The translations under genes were made by a program, and so were the position numbers. Below the pieces are notes generated by a model. That model did no database searches and had not been told where the DNA came from. It worked only from the letters and a program-made list of their open reading frames with translations. Shown one piece after another: positions 39,206 to 50,982 of a DNA stretch of 64,000 nucleotides. Positions within the stretch are counted from its first letter, which is position 1. Each line of letters starts with the position of its first letter. The stretch covers positions 31,613,201 to 31,677,200 of the forward strand of contig NC_069003.1 of NCBI RefSeq assembly GCF_001194135.2. The letters run 5' to 3'. This stretch comes from Octopus bimaculoides. Lineage: Eukaryota.

Positions 39206-40043
39206 AGCTCACTTTCCAACTACATGGTTCCAGGTTCAGTCCCACTGTCTGACACCTTGGGCAAGTGTCTTCTACTCTAACCTCAGGTCGACCAAAGCCT
39301 TGTGAGTGAATTTGAAAGAAGCCCATTGTATATGTATATATTTATGTGTGTGTGTATCTTTGTGTGTCTGTGTTTGTCTCCCTCGCCATCACTTGGCAAC
39401 TGATTCTGGTGTGTTTACATCCCTGTAACTTAGCAGTCTGGCAAAAATGACCGATAGAATAAGTACTACAATAAGTCCTGAGGTTGATTTCTTCAACTTA
39501 AAACCCTTTAAGGTGGTGCTCCAGCATGGTCGCAGTCAAATGACTGGAACAAGTAAAAGAGTGGATTTTTTTTTTTTATGTATATATATTGAATGGCTTA
39601 TGGCAGTCCAGGAAAGTGAAATAGGAATTAAACGGATCCATAAACAAAAATGGTGCGAACCACTGTTATACACTCAGCCACTCTGCACTTCCTTGTGTTG
39701 TAGTTTTCAAATGATGCCAACCCAGAGGCTAGCTGGGCAGGCCTACATTTCCTCTGAATGGGATGCTAATCCATCAAGGAGTTACTCATCTTACAGTTAA
39801 GTGGACAACATAAACCTATATAAAATAATAATAAAAATAAAAAATAAAAAAAAGAAATGCAAATAAATGAAAAATAAAAATAAAAATAAAAGTTGACCCA
39901 GTAAAATTTTGACCCTTTCTGAAATTGTTTCCTCATTTAGACATTGCATTTCCTCATTAGTTTAAAAATTGTTCAGATGGGTTTTCACTACTAATTAATA
40001 GTTTATTAGTCACACAAACGGATAAATTTGCAGCTAGCCAGAA

Positions 40044-40088
<45 letters not shown>

Positions 40089-40184
40089 GGAGTATATTGC
40101 TGGCATATCCAGAGTACTTGTCTTTCTATGTAGACACAACTACATGTATAAACTGTTGTTGACAATTAAGTTTCAATTAAAGAA

Positions 40185-40530
40185 ATAGCTATTACATGAC
40201 CTCTGTTCTCCTGTTTCTGACCTCAAATTACGTACTGAGCTCCTCTTTAGTAGGCACCAGCGTCGTTACATCGTTCGTTATCAAGGCGAATAGAATTCAT
40301 TTCACTACTAATAGTAGTAGTCTCTTCAGTTCGAGTAAAAACACTTGTGCAATTTTTCTGCTGAGCATCCTGCACAGATAATTCGTTTATATAGTGATCG
40401 TTCTGCTACATGTCCGACTGATATCGAAGCGATTCCAGAACAAGATGGAGTGTTTTGCTCAAGAACACAACGCACCACCCAGACCTGATCTGGCAACCAT
40501 GAGTGCAACACCCTAACCTCTAGGCCACTC
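40185..40530 (-). mobile_element. Diverged relative of SINE family E
   Basis: Reverse complement head gtggcctagaggttagggtgttgcac...gttcttgagcaaaacac. Body ggatgctcagc...ttgcac and gatgtaacgacgctggtgcc parallel family E. Confidence 0.55.
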
Positions 40531-40687
40531 TAACCTCTAGGCCACCCTCACTCAAAAAAAAAAAATTTTTTTTAATTGGTACCTGTTGTAAATATATAGT
40601 AGGTAGGTGGTCATGTTTTTGACATCTCTTTCAAATAGTCGTGGTCCTGTAAATCAAATCCATTCTGTGACCTGTCATTATTTAAGA

Positions 40688-41161
40688 CAGGGGGTTCTCA
40701 ATCATTTTTCATCTACGAACCCCCTTTAATTACTATTTTGTTTTATTCTGTAGCCGTTTGATAGTTAAAAACTAGTTTTTTAGATACTGTGGTATGACGT
40801 CAGCGACTGGGGAGCTGACCGGAAGAGGAAGAAGGGCAGAGGGAGCTTTGATCGGGATTTCGTGCCCTTTTTTGAACGGGGCTGTTGTCAAGAGAGGACG
40901 TGCGAAACGACGGTCTAGGTTTGGGAGAAGCAGCTGCTATTCCTAGTGTTCTTCGGGTCGGGGCAAGCTTCGAGGATCACACATTAACTTGTATAGGTGG
41001 AATTATGTAAAATGTTAGAGACAGAAACCTGGCTGTTTCTTGCAAAATATACCAACACATACATCTAAAGGACCATTCAAAAAATATTGTGGATCCCCAG
41101 TTTACTATTTTGTTGTGCAAACCCCCCAAAATTTTATATGGACCCTGGTTGAGCACCACTG
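40688..41161. mobile_element. hAT MITE with a GC-rich internal insertion
   Basis: cagggggttctcaa ... gttgagcaccactg. Insertion at about 40788-40981. Confidence 0.72.
40788..40981. mobile_element. GC/CpG-rich insertion, possible solo LTR
   Basis: Begins TG(tggtatgacgtca) and ends CA. Interrupts a hAT MITE. No clean TSD found. Confidence 0.4.
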
Positions 41162-41432
41162 ATCTAAAGACTACATTAGCTAATGTCTCCTTTTACTGTT
41201 GTTATTGTGATTTAATTCTAGATCAGCTCTAATCTATCATATTTATGACTAAGAAGTGTACCAAACATAACTGCCTAGTCTTTTAATCAAATCCAATATA
41301 TCATGGACTGTATAATCTAACAGGTTCTTTACTGTTGTTTAGCCCTAGGTCAGTTTGACCTAGTAACCACAATCAAAAAGTATTTCAGCTGAGAAAGATG
41401 CTGTTTTTTCTTCATGCATGTGTCTCTTAGAT

Positions 41433-41771
41433 CAGGGGTTTTCAAACTGTGGTCCGCGGACCACAGGGGGNNNNNNNNNNNNNNNNNNNNNNNNNNNNNN
41501 NNNNNNNNNNNNNNNNNNNNNGGGGGGGGGGGGTCTGTGGACAGCAAATACTTTTTATGGGCAATTTGATTTTATATATGTTTTTTAATCGAAATCTTTT
41601 TAATTGACAATAAACCTATTTTGTTAAATACTGTTAAATAAATAAATGTAAAAATATATGTTTTTTAAGCAAATATTTATGTATAAATTTCATAAGCGTT
41701 TATAAGGGGGTCCCTAAGGTAAAGCCTGAAATATAAAGGGGTCCGCAAGTCAAAAAGTTTGAAAGCCCCTG
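41433..41771. mobile_element. hAT (Charlie-like) MITE with perfect 8-bp TSD
   Basis: TIRs CAGGGGTTTTCAAACT / AGTTTGAAAGCCCCTG. TSD TCTTAGAT at 41425-32 and 41772-79. Contains a gap. Confidence 0.85.
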
Positions 41772-44018
41772 TCTTAGATTATCTAATGATCTTCCTTTTT
41801 TAAAGATTCTAATATGCGATTTGATGGAGATATAGCTGCTATTTCTAGCATGTCGGATTATCACGTGTGGCCTCCCTTGTTGACTGGTACTGTTATTTTT
41901 ATAATTTTTCCCTAGAAAGACGCCAAGCCTGCAGAACTGTTAGCATGCCAGACAAAATGTTTAGTAGTATTTCATCTGGCTTTACGTTCCGAGTTCAAAT
42001 GCTGTCGAGGTTAACTTAGCCTTTCGTCCTTTCAGAGTCAATAAAATAAATACCGGTCATGTACTTCTTGATGTAATTGACTTCCATCCTGCCCCCTCAG
42101 AATTTCAGGCCTTGTGCTAAAACTTGAAAGAAAGTATTATCTATCCCCAGACGTGGGGGGGGGGCTTCATCGCTGACTCTCTTTCATCATCCACTGTCCT
42201 GTTGAATATAAACCGATGTGTGGGCGATTGCAGTGAAGGGGAAACCTTCTCATCATCATCATCTTCTCTTTAAATAATAAGTCGATTGTTATAATAAGAA
42301 AATTAAAGCAAAAACAAAACGAAAACAAACATCGGTTGGTCTGTTGATAGGAAGAATTTATATTGACAGTAACTAATGAAGGGGGGGGGGTTGTATTGTC
42401 ATTTAATTCTCTCGAGTTCTGTATAGAGTTTGAAGTTGCCCTGACATGCTGCCAGTTTCTCAGACAGGAATACACTGGACATATTGTGTATTTGTGTGTG
42501 TGTGTGTGTCCCGGCTTAGAAGACTGGTGGTCATTGTTATTGTACCACTGGTTAGACTTCCCATTTTTCTCTCTCTCTCTCTCTCTCTCTTTATCACAGT
42601 CATCATCTTACCATGCAATTGTCCATGCTTGCGAAGGTTAGACAGAAGTTATTCAGGCTGATCTTCTATGGCCTGGTGCCCTTCCTGTCAACAACCCTTA
42701 TCTATTTACAAGTAAAGCAATGTGTGTGTGTGTGTGTACATGCATACACACACACATACAGTGAAAGAGAGGGGATAGTGTTAGACAGAAGTGGGAGACC
42801 TAGATAGAGCCTAAAGTTCACATGTAGCCTTTGCAATCCTTAATTGCTGCCTTCTGGATGAAGTTTGAATTATTTTTTGCCTAAGAAATACATTTTTGAT
42901 TAATTACATAGTATTATATTTCATTCATTAAATACATAATTATATCATTAAAAAAAGGTCAGTTTTATTTCTTAGTTTAATATATTTATGATGTTTGTAT
43001 TTTCATAGTAAATGTAATTACACTTTCCCATACATTTAATTACAATTTTCTTTATATTACATTTACTTGAATGTTGTGTTTGAATAATTAAGATTTCCTG
43101 TATTTATGCAAGGGTATATAATAAACTAGGATAGAGGGTGTATATAAAGTAGGGTGTTTATATTTGAGGGTTTATAGACTAGGAGGGTATTAAGTAGCTT
43201 ATAGTAGAGTTCAGTTTATGTTGGTGTGTTCATCTTTTTCTACCCTTTCTTTTACCTTCTGTTGTGTGTGTGTGTGTGTGTGTACGGAGGGGTAAATATT
43301 CAGTTTTCATCCACCTTTAATGTTATCTCAGCTGTTTTAGGCACCACCACCTTTATTTTCTCTTTTTCACTCTTTCTCTTTCCCTCTTCCCCCTCCTCTC
43401 TCTCTCCCCTCACCCTTCTCACCCTTCTCACTGCCTACCTGCCTTTTGTCCCTTTTCTCTGTCTCTAATTCTACCTACCTACCTGCCTGCCTGTCTCCCC
43501 TGTAGAATAGAAGAGTTCTTCCCAGAGCTTAATATATTCCTCAAATATATCCACTCCACCCTTCCCTCCTCGCCACCTCCTCCTCCTCCTTTATCTTTTT
43601 ATTTCGTTTATTTATGACATTTCTAAAATGAGGTCTGAACTGGTGGAAATGTTGAATGGAGGGGTGAGACCAACCAGTCATCTGATGGAGATTTGGATGT
43701 AGGAGGTTAGCAAATGAGTCATTCCTTTGTGAGTGTAGCAGCCTCAACTTATTTTTTAAAGCCTGGTAGTTTCAGAGTGTCCTCTTTTCCAAAGTGGAAC
43801 AAATTAAACTTATCTTCATATAGAAGCATATTGTTCTTTTCCACTCATTGGACAACAGCAAACAGATCCGGTTGAAGGCATCTCAATCTCTAAAAAATTT
43901 GTTACAATATTTTATGTCATGCAAAAATATAATCAATTTACTGCGCATAAATTTTAACAACAAAATTTTATATGCACCCCAGGGGTCTTATAAATCCCAG
44001 TTAAGGACCACTGCTCTA

Positions 44019-44232
44019 ACCCTTTAACATTCATATTATTCTGTCAAGTGTAATGCTTATTATGTATTCACGTTGTTTTCATTTAATCATGCATTATCTT
44101 GTAGCTTTGAGATTTCAGTGTTGAGATGGTTTATTTTTTAAAATGACATTGTAGGTTAGACATGAGGGGCCAGATCTGGACGGTTAGAAGATAAAACAAG
44201 TAGGATATTTGGGCCAGATATGGCCAGTTGAA
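44019..44232. mobile_element. piggyBac-type MITE family F, truncated
   Basis: ccctttaacattcatattattctgtcaa... internal match to the 11743 copy. Confidence 0.65.
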
Positions 44233-44236
44233 ATGT

Positions 44237-44897
44237 CTTTTTGATATCAACCCACCTGTGACCATACCTTCTATGATAGAAACTTCCTGATTGAAAAGTG
44301 ATCTAAATTAAAACCTTCCACCAAAATTCCGTGTCAATTTATGTTCCAAACGCAACAAGCTGGCAGAATAGTTAGCATGCCAGGCAAAATGCTTAGCAGA
44401 ATTTTGTTTATCTTTATGTAAGGCGGCTAGCTGGCAGAAACGTTAGCACGCCGGGCGAAATGCTTAGCGGTATTTCGTCTGCCGTTACATTCTGAGTTCA
44501 AATCCCGCCGAGGTCGACTTTGCCTTTCATCCTTTCAGGGTTGATAAATTAAGTACCAGTTACGCACTGGGATCGATGTAATCGACTTAATCCCTTTGTC
44601 TGTCCTTGTTTGTCCCCTCTATGTTTAGCCCCTTGTGGGCAATAAAGAAATAAGAATTTTGTTTATCTTTATGTTTTGAGTTCAAATTCTGCTGAAGTCA
44701 ACTTTGCCTTTAATCCTTCTGGGGTCAATGTAATCAACTTACCCTTCCCTCAAAATTGCAGGCCTTGTGCCAAATTTTAAAATTTATATTCCAAATACCA
44801 ACTTAACAATGACAGTTATTTTACTAAATTCTTCATTGTTTTCGAAATTAGTTGTAACAAAAGGCAGTGTTTCAACAGAAATATGGTAACAAAAAGG
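44237..44897. mobile_element. MITE family G (reverse) interrupted by nested SINE-A copies
   Basis: Ends ggtaacaaaaagg-TTAA (44898-901). The other end is at about 44237 (tttgatatcaaccc). SINE-A sequence lies at 44355-44775. Confidence 0.6.
44420..44652 (+). mobile_element. Young full-length tRNA-derived SINE, family A, with about 21-bp TSD
   Basis: ggcggctagctggcagaaacgttagc head, B box gagttcaaatccc, CpG-rich, aaagaaataa tail. TSD agaattttgtttatctttatg at 44398-418 and 44653-673. Confidence 0.88.
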
Positions 44898-46191
44898 TTA
44901 AAAATGGGAAGGTTTTGCAAGTTGGAATCAGTGGTCTCAGGTGGATTGCCATCAATAGGATTAAACTGACTTTTTAAACCTGACTCTAATCAGCAATGAC
45001 TATACCCAGGTTCCAATTGTTCTTGTTTTTCATTGAAATCTTCCAGTTGTATCACTTGGTGCTTAACTTTTCCTTGTACCCCCTCCTTCCATCTTTATCA
45101 CCTTCCACCTGTCCATGAAAGGAACAGGTTACCTGTTACTAACGATGATGATAGTGGTGATGCAATTAGTAAGTAATTTCCTGTTAATGAGGTAACTTCT
45201 AATTAGGTCTTCTACACTGCCAGCACTTTACTACTACTACTACGACGACGACGACTATTTCAGCGGTATGAATTAGTTTGTTTAAATAACCCCCCCCCCT
45301 CCACACACACACACACACACACACTATCTCATACTTTCCTTTTCTTTCTCCTCTCTTCTGTTTACCTTTCTCTCTCTCTTTCCTCTCTCCGCTAAAACCA
45401 ATTGACTTCATTGATAACAAGATAAGTCCATTGGTAATCCAGGTTAAGTCCATAATAGAATGGTTAATGTTAAATAAATTCTGAGTAGGGCACAAAAACA
45501 AACGAGCACCCCCCCTCTCCCCACCAAAAAAAAAGAAAGAAAAGAAACAAGAATACAGTCAATTTAATATTGCTGTGGAAGAAAGGAAGATTATATTGAC
45601 AGTCTAAATCTGGTATGGACAATCTTTCTCAAGAAGTGGGCTACATGAGACATGGCTCATCATCAGGTGGGCCACACCACTAAAAAACTTCAAGGTAATT
45701 TTCCGTTGGGTGTCATCATCAGCATTATTTAACGTGTGTCTTCCATGCTAGCATGGGTTTGATGGTTTGTCAGGAACTGGTAAACCAGAGGACTGCATCA
45801 AACTCCACTGTCTGGTTTGGTATGGTTTTTACAGCTGGATGCCCTTCCTAACACCAACCACTTTACAAAATGGACTACTAGTTGTGCCATTCAGAAGATC
45901 CACAGACTCATGGCTGGTTTAAACAGTTGTCTTTTGCCAAGAATAGAAGGAAGGAGACTAGATGTTGGGTTAAATACAAAAGGGGGAAATAACTATGATA
46001 AGTGTAAAAGTATTCAGTAAAGTGAAATATAACAGAAAATTTGGTAAAATAACTAGTGTTAGAAACATATATTGTGTTTAGTGGCAAATTTTAATTCAGA
46101 ACTTTTGACAAGACATTTGTACTACAGAGCCAGAGCTGGGTTGGTATCGAAAGGATTAAAGTGTCTTGAACTGACAGTGCGCATGCCTTAA

Positions 46192-46403
46192 CCCTTAAGC
46201 ATTTAAACCAGCCATATCCAGCCCAGATATGCTACTTGTCTTATGTTCGAACCAGCTACATTCAGCCAATCAAACAACCCTTCAATGCCATTCTAAAAAT
46301 ATCATCAAAATTTCAAAGCTATGAGATAATGGATGGTTAGTTAAAAACAATGTGAATGAAAAAACATGACATTTGACTGAGTAATTTACTGAATGCTAAA
46401 GGG
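46192..46403. mobile_element. piggyBac-type MITE family F
   Basis: TTAA-CCCTTAAGCATT ... AATGCTAAAGGG-TTAA. Confidence 0.78.
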
Positions 46404-46778
46404 TTAAAGCAGCACTGGTCTCAGATAGATTATGCCAGAGACAAAAAACATATTAAGTTGGGATGGTGATGGCTGAAATGTCTTTGACAATAGCTTGGTC
46501 TCTGCTGACCTGAGGTTAAACAGCCGCTGTATGTCATGTCAGAATGTACAATGTGGCTTTGTTCCTCACCAGAAGAAGATTGATATAGCTGATTGATATA
46601 TTGCATCTGTGTGTTGCCACCCAGCATAGATCTGCTCAACCTGCACTGACCTCCACTGGACATACAACTACAACAAAGAAATACACTTTGACATTGAATC
46701 TATCAAATAGAACCCCCACCTCTCCCTCTCTCTCTCTCTCTCTCTCCCTCTCCCTCTCTCTCTCTCCCTCTCCCTCTC

Positions 46779-46826
<48 letters not shown>

Positions 46827-47650
46827 CCTATCTATCTAACTCTCTATCTATCTCTCCATTTATCTATCTGTCTATCTATCTCTCCCTACCTCCTCTGTAG
46901 GCATCAACTGCTACTACGTATAATTTACTGAACATTTAAAACAACCAGACATTCTTAATAAAGCCTCTACAGAAACAAACTGAATCACATTTTCAAAAAT
47001 GTATGTCTTTTGTTCAATATTTTAAGATTAAGTCTGCAGCTGCGAATTGTAGTGTGTGTGTGTGTGTAACTATTTAAAAAGTAATTAAAAGTAATTCCTG
47101 TGTAGTAAAGTCTACATAGAACTTACAGATGTATATATATATTTGTGTGTGTGTGTGTGTGTGTGTTTGGATATAAACTTTGTTTCTTCCTGTCTTTATA
47201 GAATCAATGAATGAAGTAACTGTAATAACATCACATCTTAGACGGGAACTATTGAAAAAGACATTTAGCTTATTGTTTAGTTTCATTATTGTTCCTTGGT
47301 CTTCCATAATCTCCAGTAACGTAGAGAGCGAAATAGTGACTATTTAATATAATTAATTAAATTTATAGTTTAGTGAGTTAGAAGCTATATTGTAATCTTG
47401 TTATTGAGTGCATCTGTGTATGTCTGTGCATGTTTGTGTGTACATACTTGTATGTGTGTATATATATATGGGTGTGTGTATGTAAGAGGAACACAATAGA
47501 CCTAAGAACCATTCTAAGACCTGTGCGTGATTCCAATTGATGTTAACTTAAAGCATTATTGATTTGTGGCTTAAGAATCTACTAACTGTACAGTTGATGG
47601 AAGACATTATAACAGAAGTATGTAGGGGCAGGAGGTGTGATTGAGCTGTT

Positions 47651-47683
<33 letters not shown>

Positions 47684-48212
47684 CTTCTTGTTTTGACATT
47701 ATATGAGCGTTGTTGACAGGAAGGGCATCCAGCTTTAGAAAATCTACTTCAGCAAATTCTATGCAAGCATGGAAAAGTGTATGATAAAACGATAAATATA
47801 TATATNNNNNNNNNNNNNNNNNNNNNNNNNNNNNNNNNNNNNNNNNNNNNNNNNNNNNNNNNNNNNNNNNNNNNNNNNNNNNNNNNNNNNNNNNNNNNNN
47901 NNNNNNNNNNNNNNNNNNNNNNNNNNNNNNNNNNNNNNNNNNNNNNNNNNNNNNNNNNNNNNNNNNNNNNNNNNNNNNNNNNNNNNNNNNNNNNNNNNNN
48001 NTATATATATATATATATATATATGCATATATGGGTGCAGGACATCACAAACCATAAACAACATGAAAACTGAAAACAAAAGAGTTGAATCAGCCGACAA
48101 CTAATGAAGGGTCGTTCTTTATGTTACTTGTCCTGTTTTCCATTTGTTTCTCTCGTTTACAGTTTGTGACATCCTGTACTCATATATGCATATATATGTG
48201 TGTATGTATACA

Positions 48213-48247
<35 letters not shown>

Positions 48248-48750
48248 CGATTAAATGTTAAAGGCTTAAATGACACTACCACGATGTTTTGGTTCATTTG
48301 TTCTGTTGTATCACTTTGCCAATCCTGTATATGATGGTGGTGTTGGGGATAGGGGTGAAATGAAAGGACATTTACATTTGGTAGACAGACGACAGATTTT
48401 TTAGATTAAGTTTAGCTTTAACTCCTGCAACAAGAGTGAATCATGGGCCCTTCGCCTGCCTCACCAGTCTCACACACACATGCAAGCTCTTCGTTCTGTA
48501 ATGGCTGTGTATTTTTCTGTGGCTGCAGCAGTACCAAAACTTTTTATCCTGCATTCCATGAAGGAAGACACCTGTCTTCTCTCTCTCTCTGGAATTTGGT
48601 TGTGTGTGAGCGCATGTATTAGGCATTTAACAGCATAAGTCTTATATCTTTACAGTAAATATAGTTGATTTAGAGAACAAGAAACTAGGAAGGCTGTAGG
48701 GGAAGGAATAAAAACAAAGCAATAAAATAAAATCCCACATCTATAATAAC

Positions 48751-49056
48751 TGGCTCTGTGTCGGTTACATCGATGAGTGTTCCAGTTGATCCGATTGATG
48801 GAACAGCCTGCTTGTGAAATTAACATGCAAGTGGCTGAGCACTCCATAGACACGTGTACCCTTAATGTAGTTCTCAAGAAGATTCAGTATGACACAGAAT
48901 GTGACACGGCTGGCTCTTTGAAATACAAGTTCTATCCAATTTTGCTGGCTAGGTGGACTGAAGCAACGTGAAATAAAGTGTCTTGCTCGAGGACACAACG
49001 CACCACCAGGAATCGAACTCATAACCTTGCGATTGTAAACTGAACACCCTAACCAC
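48751..49056 (-). mobile_element. tRNA-derived SINE family E with conserved central domain
   Basis: Reverse complement has gtggttagggtgttc...gagttcgattcc...ctcgagcaagacactttatttcacgttgct and ggagtgctcagccacttgcatgttaatttcac. Confidence 0.75.
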
Positions 49057-49443
49057 ATGTCTAAAATAACGAGATGGTTAATCATCACATCCACTTTTCT
49101 ATTCTTGCATGGGTCACCACCACTACTATCTTAGAAGAAACACTGCTGCTTCCCACCAGCGTTTGGGGGCCAGTTAGGCTATTATTTGTTTCTCTGTGTG
49201 CTATTTAAGAGGTGGTGATGGTGATTCTGTAGTAGCAGTAGTAGTACTGTGGGGTGGTTAACTATACTGATGGTGTTGTAGTTGTTCTCGGCAGTAGACA
49301 GAGTTGAAGTGAGTCCAATGTGTTTCACTGTTTGCTGGATCGATTTCTGTCAACTTGAGCCCAAACTGTTTCCTCCTTTGTATTTATTGTCGAATGTTTG
49401 TGTTTGTGGCTAATGTCGTCTTGCTGGCACACTCACACAAGAG

Positions 49444-49488
49444 TTCCGGTTTAAAAATAGTTATTGACATTCAGTCTAACTATAAAAG
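49444..49488 (+). promoter_or_regulatory. Candidate intronic core promoter (ETS-like TTCCGG, TCAGT, TATAAAAG)
   Basis: TTCCGG at about 49444, TCAGTC at 49471 and a canonical TATAAAAG at 49481-49488, all in non-repetitive sequence. Confidence 0.35.
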
Positions 49489-49527
49489 GGACTGAGTTGA
49501 TACCTTTCGCTTTGCTGTGTCTTCTTT

Positions 49528-49548
49528 ATGTTCTTAAGGGACAGAATG
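49528..49548 (+). CDS. Candidate short internal first exon (MFLRDRM) splicing directly to exon 50918
   Basis: Donor ATG|gtgaga at 49549, phase 0, compatible with exon 50918. Preceded by TATAAAAG at 49481. Confidence 0.4.
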
Positions 49549-50917
49549 GTGAGAATAAAACAAAAGGAACATTTCTCTTTGCTTTTCTTTTATGCAAATG
49601 CTTTAACTGTAGCTTTTATTCGTTGTTAATGTGGTGACAAAAACCCAAAGTTGTGTTTAGTGATAAACTCTTTAGTATGTTGATGATAAAAATAAAAATA
49701 AAATTGTCACAGGTGCACCTGTGGCTGTGTGGTTGAGAAGCTTGCTTCCAAACCATGTGGTCTTGAGTTCAATCCCACTGCATGGCACCTTGGGCAAGTG
49801 TCTCCTACTTACAGCCCAGGACTGACTAAATCCTTCAGTGGATTTGGTAGATGGAAAGTGAAAGAAGCCCATCATGTGTGTGTGAAGGTGCATTGCTCAG
49901 TGGTTAGAGTGTCGGGCTCACATTCATGAGGTAATGAGCTTGATTCCAAGACTGGGTTGTGTTCTTGAGCAAGACACTTTATTTCACGTTGCTCCAGTTC
50001 ACTCAGCTGTAGAAATGAATTGCGATGTCACTGGTGCCAAGCTGTATCGGCCCCTTTGCCTTTCCCTTGGATAACACTGGTGGCACGGAGAGGGGAGGCC
50101 AGTATGCACAGGCAATGGCTGGTCTTCCATAAATAACCTTGCTCAGAATTGTGCCACATAGGGGAACTTTCTGGGTGCAACCATGACCAAGGGGTTCTTC
50201 TCCCTTTTATATAGAGACTGTATAAGATGCACTCTTCCATAACATAGACCTCTACTTTTACATGTATATTCTGTGGAAAAAACAAATTTAGTATGTTTTC
50301 TCATACACCATCTCACCTTGATATTCCATCCATAATATGGCCACATTAAAGCACATGGAAAATTGTTAGATTTAAGAATAAAAAAGGCATGTCTTATATG
50401 CTGGCATATACAGTATGAGTGTGTGTGTGTGTTACTGTGTCCTTCTTGACCTCATGTGAATGTTGTAAATGAGTGTGATTGTAACTATCATGAAAGAAGT
50501 GTCCTTTGTTTACGATATTCTGTGAAAACCTGTCTGGCCATAGGAAAATATTACCTTACTTGATAACAAGTGAGAGTTGGTGACAGGAAAGGCATCCGGT
50601 CATAGAAAAAATCTGCCTGAATAAAAATTGTATTTGACCCATGTGAGCATGGAAGAGTGGATATTAGAACGATGATGATGATAATGATGGTTTTTTCAAA
50701 TTCTTTATCTAGTTTTTATTTATCAGAAATGTGGTAATACAAATCCAAAAAGTCACATTTAAAAATAAACTTTTTGCAACATTATTGATAAACAAACATT
50801 GTCATATTAATAAGAAAATAAGCTTTTCAGCCAACACAGTAGTGAAAATGTTGTTGAATATTGACTGTGTGTTCTTAGTCTTTTCTCATTTCTTTGCTTT
50901 TCTTTGTGTTTTTCCAG

Positions 50918-50982
50918 CGACTCAAAGAAGAAATAGCAGATGTTACAGCAGAACTGGAAAGTATGGATCTTCCCGAAGACAC
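50918..50982 (+). CDS. CYTH1: Cytohesin coding exon, second half of the coiled coil
   Basis: Strong acceptor (tttgtgtttttccag), donor gtcagt at 50983. 65 nt encode RLKEEIADVTAELESMDLPED-T (phase 0 in, phase 2 out), matching cytohesin RLKDEIAEVANEIENL. Phase joins exactly to the 35238-35311 exon. Confidence 0.92.

Noticed and set aside
47207-47347. 46-codon ORF MNEVTVITSHLRRELLKKTFSLLFSF...
   Set aside because: Only weak donors (gtagag, gtgact) and no promoter signal I could support.
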